Positions 37,419 through 47,251 of a stretch of DNA of 64,000 bases are shown here, one piece after another; positions within the stretch are counted from its first letter, which is position 1; each line of letters begins with the position of its first letter. Both the position numbers and the translations under genes were made by a program. The DNA comes from Dehalococcoidia bacterium (GTDB lineage Bacteria; Chloroflexota; Dehalococcoidia; GIF9; UBA5629), in NCBI GenBank assembly GCA_003142375.1, contig PLME01000005.1:114582-178581 (forward strand), given 5' to 3'. The notes under the pieces were generated by a model. It saw nothing but the letters and a program-made list of their open reading frames with translations, searched no databases and was not told the origin of the DNA.

Positions 37419-38404
37419 TTCCTTAATAATTCACTATATACATGGTTCAGCTCGACGGCGATGTTTTTCCATGAATACGGCAATACTTTTTCTCGAGTTT
37501 TAATCTGCGTTCCGGCTTTCACCTTCGCCAGCAGGCCGATGAAATCCTCTCCATTCTCGGCGTACCAGAGACCATTTCCTTCGGGGAATATTCGCGGAAG
37601 TGCCCCATATCGGGTGCACAGGACAGTCAAATTGCACGACATAGCTTCCATAACTGAAAGTGGCGTCTCAATGCTGCCCAGCTTGTCGATGGTGGGAAAA
37701 ACATAGCAGTCGGCCAGGGCATAAAGCTCCTCAATGTTTTCAAAGTATTTCCTCCAGACAAGACACCCGCCAGCAACCAGCTTCTGATGCACTTCGTTTT
37801 CCTCACCGCTTGTTACACCGCCGACTATTATGGTTTGGACATCAGGGTCTCGATTTAAGTCATTGAGTATCGTCACATTTCTATTCATTTTGATATGGCC
37901 AATACACAGGACAATGAACTTCTGCCCGGGTAGATCATATTTATTTCTTAATGCTTGCTTTTTATCACCCGTCACAGGGGTAAACTTTTCGATATCAACA
38001 CCGGGGGGCAGGAATTTGACCCGGCAGCCGTAATTCACGAACAGCCTCTCTGATTCATAAGATTGAGTCAACACCATGTCAGGCTTGAAAAGCGGTATTA
38101 GCCTCCTTGATAAACTGGAAAATATCGGTTGTGTAGTAGATGCTACAGTCCTGGCACCGGTGAAAAACCTGACCATCTTTAATAGGGCTAGGCTTTTGAT
38201 GGTTGGCCCGGGTATAACATGGATGATGTCAGGATGAAATCTTCTTATCCCTTGCCAGAAGTCCGATAGCGGTAAAACAGACGGGGAGATCTTCAGGTGC
38301 AGGACATCATGTTGTTCGGCCAATTGGCGACAGAGGTGAAAAGCGATGTTGCCCATCCCTTCGTCAAGGCGATCACTGTAGGGGCTCAGCAAACAAATCC
38401 TCAT
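37415..38404 (-). CDS. Glycosyltransferase family 4
   Basis: GVDIEKF, YALADCYVFP, ETPLSVMEAMSCN. Confidence 0.85.
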   Translation of the reverse strand: MRICLLSPYSDRLDEGMGNIAFHLCRQLAEQHDVLHLKISPSVLPLSDFWQGIRRFHPDIIHVIPGPTIKSLALLKMVRFFTGARTVASTTQPIFSSLSRRLIPLFKPDMVLTQSYESERLFVNYGCRVKFLPPGVDIEKFTPVTGDKKQALRNKYDLPGQKFIVLCIGHIKMNRNVTILNDLNRDPDVQTIIVGGVTSGEENEVHQKLVAGGCLVWRKYFENIEELYALADCYVFPTIDKLGSIETPLSVMEAMSCNLTVLCTRYGALPRIFPEGNGLWYAENGEDFIGLLAKVKAGTQIKTREKVLPYSWKNIAVELNHVYSELLRK

Positions 38405-38409
38405 ATCAG

Positions 38410-39594
38410 TTATCTCAGCGCCATCTCGTAAATCTTCTCAACTTTTTTTGCGATGTTTTCCCATGAATAATCCCTGATACTGGCCCTGGCATTCTCACCC
38501 ATTTCCTGTCTTAAAGCAGCATCAGATAGAAGTCGGTTTATGGTCTCTGCCAGGGAGTCTATATCCCCCAGTTTGGCTACCAGGCCATTGTATCCATCTT
38601 TTATGAAGGCCCGGAATGTTTCCAGGGAGCTGACTACGATGGGCAATCCTGCGGCGGCCGCTTCCAAGAGAACTATGCCGAACGACTCTGTCCTTCCGGT
38701 AGAGGGAAGGGCGAATATATCTGCAGCACCATAATAAGATGCCGTTGTATCGTAGGGTACCGCTCCCACGAGCTTTATTGCGTGGTTTACACGAAGGTCA
38801 TTGGCAAGGCGTTCTAAATCTCCCCGCAGCGGGCCATCGCCGACAAACACCAGTCTGGCATCGGGGTTTTTTTCAATAATCGTGGGCATGGCTTTTATGA
38901 GAAGGTCAGGGCTTTTATAGTTGATCAATGCGCCAACGAACAAGATTATTTTTTCGTCCTTGTGCAACGATAGTTTATTTCTACATTCTTCTTTTGAATA
39001 ATGCATCCTATATTCATCGGCGTTTATACCCGGGGGGATAGCGATGATCTTCTCCCGGTATTTGGGTAGAAAACGAGATATAGGGATATAGTGAACGGAG
39101 TTACAGGTGATAACCCTGGCCCTGGATAGAATCGTGGGCACAATGAACCTGTCCAATAGGCTTAGTCCTGCTTTGCGTATCAAATTTCCATAACTAGGAT
39201 TTGCGTCACCGTGATAGGTGACAACGAGGGGTTTTCTTTTCATCTGGGTATAGAATAGGCTGGCAAGCTCAGCGGGCGGCAGGGCGTAGTGCAGGTGAAC
39301 TATATCTACATCTTGCTGCAGTGATCTAGGGAACATGCCAAAGGAGAAGAACGCTTTATCTATCTTAAGATTTATCCCATAGCGATATACTTTGATGCCG
39401 TCCTCTTCTGAGAAATGGTTTTTGGAATCTACGGAAGTAGTAAAAACAACTATATCATGTCCCAGTTTTGCCATCTGGTGGGCCAGGTGATACGCCCATA
39501 CCTCCGCTCCCCCAACCGGATAACAGCGATATACTTCTGGATCCGTAAATGATTCCGGGTACGGGAAAGGAGTAATAAAATACCCTATTTTCAA
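38410..39594 (-). CDS. Glycosyltransferase family 4
   Basis: GGAE, FVGAL...K, ESFGIVLLEAAAAG. Confidence 0.9.
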   Translation of the reverse strand: MKIGYFITPFPYPESFTDPEVYRCYPVGGAEVWAYHLAHQMAKLGHDIVVFTTSVDSKNHFSEEDGIKVYRYGINLKIDKAFFSFGMFPRSLQQDVDIVHLHYALPPAELASLFYTQMKRKPLVVTYHGDANPSYGNLIRKAGLSLLDRFIVPTILSRARVITCNSVHYIPISRFLPKYREKIIAIPPGINADEYRMHYSKEECRNKLSLHKDEKIILFVGALINYKSPDLLIKAMPTIIEKNPDARLVFVGDGPLRGDLERLANDLRVNHAIKLVGAVPYDTTASYYGAADIFALPSTGRTESFGIVLLEAAAAGLPIVVSSLETFRAFIKDGYNGLVAKLGDIDSLAETINRLLSDAALRQEMGENARASIRDYSWENIAKKVEKIYEMALR

Positions 39595-40709
39595 TGAAGG
39601 AGTTCCCCGTATAGGTGCATTACTTTCTGCGCAATCCGCTCCCAGCTATATTGTTCGGCATTCTTCCTAGCCGCCTGGCTCATCTTTTCACGCAAACTGC
39701 TATCAGTCAAAATGGTATTTATAGCATCAGCCAGCATGACTGAGTCCCTGGGCTTAAAACTAATCCCGCATTCATCAGTAACAAGTTCTCTGAGCCAGGG
39801 GAAATCTGAGAAGATTACAGGAGTACCGCAGGCCATCGCCTCTAGAGCAGAAATACCAAAATTCTCACCTCTCGTTATAGGCGGTAGAACATATGTATCG
39901 CTAATTTTATATAATTGTGGTAACTCTTCATGTGGTATTAAACCCAGGAACCTGATATTGGTTATATTTTGTTCCTCTATTATTCTTTTCAGATGCTGTT
40001 CTTCCTGACCTTTACCAGCGATCACCAGGGTACCGGCTTTGACATATTTCATGGCTCTGATTAGGTACTCTAAACCTTTGTATTTAACAAATCTGCCTGC
40101 GAAGAAGACAATGTTCTCCGCCGGCAACTGATATTTCTCTCTGATATGGCCTTCTTCTACTGATGGATTGAAACGTTCCAGGTCAACACCATTCGGTACC
40201 ACTTCAATCTTACTCAGGTAATGTTTCAGCACCGGGGAGGTTTCCGCATACGATATGCTGGTTGCCGTTACTATGCTTGCACTGGATACCGCAAAGGGGT
40301 TTATAAAACGATTATAGACGGCAGCAAATAAACTCCCTATAGCAGACTCAGCGTTGCCATCAAACTGGTAATCAAAGACGCATGGTTTATTGTTGCGCGC
40401 GGCGTACATTATAGCTATATCAGATACTCCGGGAAGAGTTCCATGGGCATGAACGATGTCGGGATTCACAGATGCAAGACATCGATAATATGCCGGCATG
40501 ATAGGTACCTTGAAAATTGTAAAAAGGGAACGGGTTCTTATCTCCTCAATCCCATCGCTTATATCCCTGCAGGGACTGCCCGGTGGTCTGGATACAACTA
40601 CACTAACTTTATGCCCCGCACGTATAGATTCATTGGCAAGATACCTTATATAACGTTCGATGCCACCTTCAGTAAGGGAGAAATCCTTGAAACAATGGCA
40701 GATGTGCAT
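39591..40709 (-). CDS. Glycosyltransferase family 4
   Basis: GGIE, PNGVD, FAGRFVKYKG, ENFGISALEAMACG. Confidence 0.9.
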   Translation of the reverse strand: MHICHCFKDFSLTEGGIERYIRYLANESIRAGHKVSVVVSRPPGSPCRDISDGIEEIRTRSLFTIFKVPIMPAYYRCLASVNPDIVHAHGTLPGVSDIAIMYAARNNKPCVFDYQFDGNAESAIGSLFAAVYNRFINPFAVSSASIVTATSISYAETSPVLKHYLSKIEVVPNGVDLERFNPSVEEGHIREKYQLPAENIVFFAGRFVKYKGLEYLIRAMKYVKAGTLVIAGKGQEEQHLKRIIEEQNITNIRFLGLIPHEELPQLYKISDTYVLPPITRGENFGISALEAMACGTPVIFSDFPWLRELVTDECGISFKPRDSVMLADAINTILTDSSLREKMSQAARKNAEQYSWERIAQKVMHLYGELLH

Positions 40710-40764
40710 TAGTTTTTCCCCTAGTCTAGGTTAATACTTGATGGCTCTGAAATTGACGATATAT

Positions 40765-41550
40765 TCAAGCCTTCACATTTCTGGCACTTAGTGCTGATAA
40801 ACTCTTGATTAAAAAGTCAACCATTAAAAATGGTATTCCCAGCGTGCAGTAAAAAAGCAAAGGCCTATATTTTCTTGTTGCATTCATGATGACCTGTAGA
40901 AATTTATATCCATCTTTTATACTGCTTAATTTGCTATTACCCGCGCGCCTGGCATAGTCAATCGGGATTTCGGCATAAGTGTACCCTACGAAAAGTGCGA
41001 TAACGCTCATTGCCGGCGTGAAATTCAAGCCATTTGGCAAGCCATTCAACCATGGCACCAGTGCTATATTGAAGATCCTCAATCCACTGGCGCTGTCAGT
41101 TATTTTTTTCCGTGTATATAACGATATGAGCAGGACAAATAATTTATTTCCGACTCGGCGTATGATTGGCATGCCAACATTGTGTCCTAAAAAGCGTGAA
41201 CCAACAACGATGTCATAATTACCTGTTTTACACAAATTATAGAGCTCTGGGATTTTCTCAGGTGGATAAGTTCCATCAGCATCGAGGAACGCAATATATT
41301 TAATCATGCGTTCAGGAGTTGCTTCTTGGGAGAACCCTACTTTAAGGGCACCTGCATAATTTAGATTAATTGGATTGTCAATTACCCGAGCACCACAATC
41401 TCTGGCTATCTGTGCTGTTTTATCTATGCTGCAGTCATTGACAATTATCAGTTCAGCTTCCGGGCAAACCTTATGAACGCGATCGATGACATCTTTTATT
41501 CCCGCCTCTTCATTATATGCGGGTATTACAATCCTGAGATCCTGCATCAC
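40765..41550 (-). CDS. Glycosyltransferase family 2 (polyprenol-phosphate glycosyltransferase, DPM1-like)
   Basis: VIPAYNEE, NDCSID, FLDADGTY, VGSRF, TDSASGLR. Confidence 0.9.
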   Translation of the reverse strand: MMQDLRIVIPAYNEEAGIKDVIDRVHKVCPEAELIIVNDCSIDKTAQIARDCGARVIDNPINLNYAGALKVGFSQEATPERMIKYIAFLDADGTYPPEKIPELYNLCKTGNYDIVVGSRFLGHNVGMPIIRRVGNKLFVLLISLYTRKKITDSASGLRIFNIALVPWLNGLPNGLNFTPAMSVIALFVGYTYAEIPIDYARRAGNSKLSSIKDGYKFLQVIMNATRKYRPLLFYCTLGIPFLMVDFLIKSLSALSARNVKA

Positions 41551-41576
41551 GCATTATACAAATATATTAGGTTGTA

Positions 41577-42836
41577 TTACCAGCAGATGCCTTCGTATAT
41601 TCGGGCTTCTCTGGCTTTAAGGACCCGCCTGCCATCTATGACTATCTTGCCCCGGTAATCCAGGTTATTGAACTCATCCCACTCAGTTAATATCATTACG
41701 GCATCAGCGTTTAGTACTTCATCAGCCGTGGCATATTTTACTGAGTCGGGGAATACTTTCCGAAAATTGGGCATTGCCTGGGGGTCATACGCGGTAACTT
41801 TGGCTCCCTCTTCTTGCAGGGCATGTATTATTTCGATGGCCTTCGATTTCCTGATGTCATCGGTATCCGCTTTAAAGGCTAATCCCAGAATGCCAATAGT
41901 CGCGCCTTTCAATACCGGTATATGCTTTTTAAGTAGGGTCAACATTCTCACAGGTTGATTAATGTTAAGCCTCTGGACCTCTTCCAGGATTCCTGCACGG
42001 TAATTAGCATCCTTTGCACTTGATATTAATGCCGATAAATCCTTGGGCAGGCAGAATCCACCGAAGCCTATACCGGCATTCAGGTAGTCTTTACCAATGC
42101 GGGCGTCAAGGCCCATCCCTTTAGCCACCTCATAAACATCCATCCCCATGCTCTTGCATATATTGCCTATTTCATTAATAAAGGAAACCCGGGTTGCCAG
42201 GTAGGCGTTGGATGCCTGCTTTATCATCTCAGCGGTGCTGAAGTCAGTCCTCATAATAGGAGCGTTGTAATCTTTATAGACATCGGCGAGCATGTCGCCC
42301 CATTTATTTTCTTTCTCGCCGATGACAATCCGGCTGGGTTTCATAAAATCCTCGACCGCAGTTCCTTCCCGTAAAAACTCCGGGTTTACACATATCCCCA
42401 CGTGTTCATTATGGTTTAAAACCGGTACGATAACTTTCTCAGTAGTGCCGGGGACAACGGTACTTCTTACCACCACAAGGTGATCTCCTATCTTTTCTTT
42501 CAGCACTGCTCTCAATTGCTTAGCAGGCTCTTCCAGGAAAAAGAGATCGATTGAGCCATCCGCTTTTGGCGGCGTACCGCCGCAGAGAAAGGTAATATCC
42601 GTGTCTAAAGCCTGCCTGTGGTCCGCTGTAGCAATTAAGTTAACCTCTTTTAATGCACAGCTCAGCCCCTCTTCAAAGATGGGGCAGGTACCTTCGTTTA
42701 TTTTCCGTACTTTCTCCGGATCGATATCGATCCCTATAACTTTGTGGCCTTTCAGCGCAAAGCCAACTGCAGTGGTTAGGCCCACAACACCCAATCCGAT
42801 TACGCTGATTGTCTTTTTGCCATTAGTCCTGGTCAT
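41577..42836 (-). CDS. ugd: UDP-glucose/GDP-mannose 6-dehydrogenase
   Basis: GLGVVG, RSTVVPGT, NPEFLREG, GFGGFCLPKD, GLAFKADTDDIR. Confidence 0.88.
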   Translation of the reverse strand: MTRTNGKKTISVIGLGVVGLTTAVGFALKGHKVIGIDIDPEKVRKINEGTCPIFEEGLSCALKEVNLIATADHRQALDTDITFLCGGTPPKADGSIDLFFLEEPAKQLRAVLKEKIGDHLVVVRSTVVPGTTEKVIVPVLNHNEHVGICVNPEFLREGTAVEDFMKPSRIVIGEKENKWGDMLADVYKDYNAPIMRTDFSTAEMIKQASNAYLATRVSFINEIGNICKSMGMDVYEVAKGMGLDARIGKDYLNAGIGFGGFCLPKDLSALISSAKDANYRAGILEEVQRLNINQPVRMLTLLKKHIPVLKGATIGILGLAFKADTDDIRKSKAIEIIHALQEEGAKVTAYDPQAMPNFRKVFPDSVKYATADEVLNADAVMILTEWDEFNNLDYRGKIVIDGRRVLKAREARIYEGICW

Positions 42837-43116
42837 CTGTTACCCCCAATGATTTTTAAGTGATATATATCTGTGTACTATTTATAAGCCCGACGCATTC
42901 AGAATCTAAGGCTTTTAATACTACATGCCCCTGCCTGCCCTGTCAACTGCATTTTCATAACTAAACATCACTTTTCAAACAAGTAACATAGGACTAATTG
43001 GCTATTCAATCAGTACTATTGGGTGATTCACATTGTAGCTAGAGTGATATAAAGTAATCATATAGCATTATTAAGTGCAATTTGATGATTTAAAGGATGA
43101 TTAAAGAGGTAACAAG

Positions 43117-43326
43117 ATGAAAAATAATGGGAATACTAAATTAATGTTTACAACACGTGAACTGGCCAAATTCCTGAATGTCCACATTAATACCGTAAGG
43201 AGATGGAGCGATCAGGGGATAATAAAGTCTTACCGTATTGGGCCGCGCGGTGACCGACGCTTTTCCAAGGATGACGTGCTTATCTTCCTTAGCCATACTC
43301 AAGACCAATCCGGAGTCAAAGTTTGA
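43117..43326 (+). CDS. Small MerR-like/excisionase-family HTH DNA-binding protein (BldC-like)
   Basis: MFTTRELAKFLNVHINTVRRWSDQGIIKSYRIGPRGDRRF; AAGAGGT RBS. Confidence 0.85.
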   Translation: MKNNGNTKLMFTTRELAKFLNVHINTVRRWSDQGIIKSYRIGPRGDRRFSKDDVLIFLSHTQDQSGVKV

Positions 43327-43347
43327 TCTATAAGTCTCGATAATATA

Positions 43348-43410
43348 AAACTCCGCCATGGCTTGGCAGGCTTCGCTGGCGGAGTCTGGCACAGGGAGAA
43401 AACCCGTGCT
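43348..43410. repeat. Two-hairpin structured element, copy 3
   Basis: Same sequence as 31734-31796, 21 nt downstream of the HTH stop. Confidence 0.75.
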
Positions 43411-43518
43411 TGCCGTCTTATTCTAACAAAGCTTCATTGCCAACTCAATCAATATCAATCAGATTTACTACTGAACGAGGGATTGAGCGAGATATGCACA
43501 ATGGCATTTTACTTTGGG

Positions 43519-44634
43519 CTATTTAATGAGACGTTTCCCCATTAATTCTTGTTGTGCCTCCTGGGTTTTATCCATGGCTGGCTTGTCTTGTCCCCATTCA
43601 ATGAGTTCCCGCATGCCGTCTTCTAATTGAACTCTGGGAGCAAATCCCAGCCTCTGTTTTATTTTCGTGATATCCGCATAACAATGCCTAATGTCGCCAG
43701 TCCGGTATTTGCCAACTACAACCGGCTTAATATTCTTATTGCAGAGCTTTATCAGAACTTCGGCGATTCGGCTGACTGAAACACTCCGGCCGGCAGCAAC
43801 ATTGAAGGTTTCGTAATCAGCCTCTTTCTTGTTCAGGGCCAGTAGATTTGCCTGCACAATATCATGTACCGAAGTGAAATCCCTGAGTTGCCGGCCGTCC
43901 TCATATAGTAACGGTGGCTTATTATTTTTGATAAGTGACAGGAAAATGGCCGCTACTCCCGTATAAGGATTGGACATAGATTGCCGAGTCCCGTAGGTGC
44001 AAAAGAATCGCAGGGCAACTGTAGGAATCTTATAGGTTTTGCCAATAGTCAGGCACATTTCCTCAACATCGCGTTTACCTATTGCGTAAATGCTGGTAGG
44101 TGATAATGGCCTGCTTTCAGCCGTTGGAATGGGTTCAACTTTTTTTCCGCAATCAGGGCACTTCATTTCCCAATCCCTGGCTAGAAGTTGTTTCTCACTC
44201 CTCGGCTCCGGGTACACTACTCCACATGCAGCACAGCTATATGAGCCTTCACCATAGATTGTATTGGAGGATGCGACCACAAGCTTTTCTACATCATATT
44301 TGCCGCTTGCCAAAACTTCCAGGAGTTTAGCAGTGGCGAAGGTGTTGACATCAGTGTACTTTTCTATCTGGTACATCGATTGTGCGACACCCACCATGGC
44401 AGCAAAGTGAAAAATGACATCGATATTTTTAAGCGCCTTTTTCAGCGCTGGCTTACTCCTCACATCCGCGTTAATGAACTCGGCATCTTTATTGAGATAG
44501 TCAGGCACTTTATCATGCACTTGAGGCTCCAGGTTGTCGATAATCCTGACTTTATGGCCCTCATTTATTAAAGCATCAACCAGATGGCTGCCTATAAAAC
44601 CGGCTCCCCCGGTAACTAAAATCCGTTTTGGCAT
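43519..44634 (-). CDS. NAD-dependent nucleotide-sugar epimerase/dehydratase with CxxC...CxxC insertion
   Basis: VTGGAGFIG, YAIGK, CAACG/CPDCG. Confidence 0.88.
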   Translation of the reverse strand: MPKRILVTGGAGFIGSHLVDALINEGHKVRIIDNLEPQVHDKVPDYLNKDAEFINADVRSKPALKKALKNIDVIFHFAAMVGVAQSMYQIEKYTDVNTFATAKLLEVLASGKYDVEKLVVASSNTIYGEGSYSCAACGVVYPEPRSEKQLLARDWEMKCPDCGKKVEPIPTAESRPLSPTSIYAIGKRDVEEMCLTIGKTYKIPTVALRFFCTYGTRQSMSNPYTGVAAIFLSLIKNNKPPLLYEDGRQLRDFTSVHDIVQANLLALNKKEADYETFNVAAGRSVSVSRIAEVLIKLCNKNIKPVVVGKYRTGDIRHCYADITKIKQRLGFAPRVQLEDGMRELIEWGQDKPAMDKTQEAQQELMGKRLIK

Positions 44635-44647
44635 ATCCCTTTTCCCA

Positions 44648-45595
44648 TTATCGATTATTCAAGGTGCTTTTGAACCAGTTCACTGTTTTAGTTAAACCTT
44701 CTTTTAAATCAACCTTTGGAACCCATCCTAAAATAGTCTGTGCCCTGCCGATATCCGGTCTCCGCCGTTTGGGATCATCCCCGGGCAGAGGTTGGAATAT
44801 TATTTTATTGGATGTACCTGTGATATCTTTGATGACCTGCCCCAGCTCCAGCATATTTTTTTCATTTGGGTTGCCGAGATTTATCGGATCACTGTAATTG
44901 GCGTTCATCAGCCTGTAAATGCCGTCGATCAGGTCAGAAACATAGCAGAAGCTGCGCGTCTGTTTGCCGTCGCCAAAGATAGTCATCGGCTGGCCCGTCA
45001 AAGCCTGGGTAATCAGGTTGGGAACTACCCGGCCGTCCTCGTTTTTCATCCTGGGCCCATAGGTATTGAATATCCTGACGATGCATGTATCCACACCCAG
45101 TTTACGGTGGAAAGCCATGGTAAGCGCTTCGGCAAACCTCTTGGACTCATCATACATCGAACGGGGACCTACAGGGTTTACATTGCCCCAGTATTCCTCT
45201 TTCTGCGGGTTCTGCAGTGGATCGCCGTAGACCTCGGATGTAGACGCCATCATAAATTTGGCCCTTTTCCGGTGTGCCAGTTCCAGCGCATTCAAGGTAC
45301 CCAGAGAGCCAACTTTTAAGGTTTCAATGGGCAGTCTGGCATAGTCGACCGGGCTGGCCAGGCTGGCGAAATGCAATACGAAATCAACTTTGCCACGGAT
45401 TTTTAGGTTTTCGCTGACGTCAGTCTGTATGAATTTGAATAATTTATTGTTTGACAGGTGTTCGATGTTGGCAAGCCGGCCGGTGATAAGGTTGTCCACG
45501 CAGACAACCCTATAGCTATGTTCAAGTAAGAAATCGCAGAGATGGGAACCAAGGAACCCTGCGCCGCCGGTGATGACTACAATCTGTCGCTCCAT
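44648..45595 (-). CDS. UDP-glucuronate decarboxylase (UDP-xylose synthase) family SDR
   Basis: [53 protein letters not shown]; start MERQIV at 45595. Confidence 0.88.
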   Translation of the reverse strand: MERQIVVITGGAGFLGSHLCDFLLEHSYRVVCVDNLITGRLANIEHLSNNKLFKFIQTDVSENLKIRGKVDFVLHFASLASPVDYARLPIETLKVGSLGTLNALELAHRKRAKFMMASTSEVYGDPLQNPQKEEYWGNVNPVGPRSMYDESKRFAEALTMAFHRKLGVDTCIVRIFNTYGPRMKNEDGRVVPNLITQALTGQPMTIFGDGKQTRSFCYVSDLIDGIYRLMNANYSDPINLGNPNEKNMLELGQVIKDITGTSNKIIFQPLPGDDPKRRRPDIGRAQTILGWVPKVDLKEGLTKTVNWFKSTLNNR

Positions 45596-45638
45596 TCCAG
45601 CCCTCCGGTTTTGCATTATTCTCTCATATACTAATAGT

Positions 45639-47000
45639 CTATTGCCAAACGCCCCTGTTGAGGTCCAGCGTGACATTATTGTCTGGCGGCGGCAGGTCTT
45701 TCCATAGGCTGTCAACCAGGTCCTTCCTGAGCTCGACGCCTATCCATGCCATCGGGCTCAGTCCGTTTTCCTGTATGGCCGGCTGTCCGGCTGGCAGTTT
45801 TTCGTCCCCGGCCATATGGGCTACAACAGCGCGGGCCACCTGTGCGGCCAGCTTCTGCGCCTCGGCGCCGTCCACACCGTATGAAGCAATCATACTCGCG
45901 GCTGTCGCCGCCACGCCATTCTCCAGCTGTGCCTCGGCATATCCTTGTAAATCGCTCGGGTGGGATGCTATAGATTGTATGTGCGCCGTGCGTATGGCGG
46001 CTTTTTGTGCCCCGTCGATATTTATCACCCGGTAGGGGCAGGGAAAGGTGATTAGCGAGCCGGTTTCCACATCGAAGAGGAATTTACTTGTATCCGGCCA
46101 GGCTCTCTCCGTGATGTCCTGCGCATGGAAGTGCCCGGTGAATACCAGGCGTACATTATATGCGGCCAATAATCTGGATACCGCCTGATAATTTTCTATT
46201 ACGTATTCCGGGAAGTTCCTGGCCTGCCCATCGAAATGCTCGGTCACCGGATGATGCTCCATGGCGATCACAGCTTTGCCGGCCCTGGCCGCCTTGGCCA
46301 GCACCTCCTCTATCCATCCCAGCGTCTGCGGGCTGAACCTGCCTGCCGTGACCGTTTCCTCTTCCCCTACCTTGCCTTGGTAACGGCATGAGTCCAGGGC
46401 CAGCAGCCAGAGCCCTTCCTGGGGCTCGGCCACGTAGCTGAGCGAGGCAGAGTCCCGGTAAAGGGCATCTTTATACCCGAAGTCACCGTAAATCTGCGCA
46501 AATTCTTCAGCCGTGATATTGCGGATGCGCAGCGCAATATCGCCCGCATATCTGACGGCATTGGCGTTGTCGATATCATGGTTGCCGGGTACGACGTAAA
46601 CCTTTTTACCGCTTGCTTGCAACTGCTCCAAATACTGCACAACAAGCTCGTGGGAGGAGCGGTCGCCATGATCGGTCAGATCGCCGGGCACTAGTACGAA
46701 GCTGACATTTTCACTATTTATCTGCCCGACTGCCGTCTGCAATATCTCGGCGCTTTCTTTGATCAGCTTATAGTCCCCCGCAACGTAATTCTCAAAGGCC
46801 TTGCCGTCCGTGCCAAGATCAGGATTGTAGGTATGCAGATCAGTCATTACTGCGAAATTTACCTGGGGATAGGCAGGAGGCTTATCCAGAAGTGCCTTTA
46901 GGGTGGGATCCGTCTCATGACTTAACGGCTGCTGCGCGATGCAGCCAATATCAACCAGCATCAGAAGGACAATAAGGGCCAGGTAAACTATTCTCGTCAT
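45639..47000 (-). CDS. Calcineurin-like metallophosphoesterase lipoprotein
   Basis: Lipobox-like IGC; TDLH, PGDLTD, PGNHD, HH, TGHFH motifs. Confidence 0.85.
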   Translation of the reverse strand: MTRIVYLALIVLLMLVDIGCIAQQPLSHETDPTLKALLDKPPAYPQVNFAVMTDLHTYNPDLGTDGKAFENYVAGDYKLIKESAEILQTAVGQINSENVSFVLVPGDLTDHGDRSSHELVVQYLEQLQASGKKVYVVPGNHDIDNANAVRYAGDIALRIRNITAEEFAQIYGDFGYKDALYRDSASLSYVAEPQEGLWLLALDSCRYQGKVGEEETVTAGRFSPQTLGWIEEVLAKAARAGKAVIAMEHHPVTEHFDGQARNFPEYVIENYQAVSRLLAAYNVRLVFTGHFHAQDITERAWPDTSKFLFDVETGSLITFPCPYRVINIDGAQKAAIRTAHIQSIASHPSDLQGYAEAQLENGVAATAASMIASYGVDGAEAQKLAAQVARAVVAHMAGDEKLPAGQPAIQENGLSPMAWIGVELRKDLVDSLWKDLPPPDNNVTLDLNRGVWQ

Positions 47001-47251
47001 TTACACAGGGTGATACGTATTTATTATGCTAAAAGTAAGAATTTAAATATTATAAGGCCTGGCAGGTTGGAAGTCATATATTAACCAAGTTGACATTTGT
47101 GATAAAATTATGAGAGTATTAAGTAATTTGATGGTCGTATTGACAAATGATGTGGTCGGAATCTGTAGGAATATTGCCGATATGACCGCCTTCTATATTG
47201 ACATTCAGATTGTAGCGTTTGTTCCTCATACTTCCCCGTACAGGAGGCATC

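Noticed and set aside
45596-45715. N-terminal extension of the UXS-like ORF
   Set aside because: Overlaps the phosphoesterase 3' end; Rossmann motif begins right after MERQIV, which has a GGAGGG RBS
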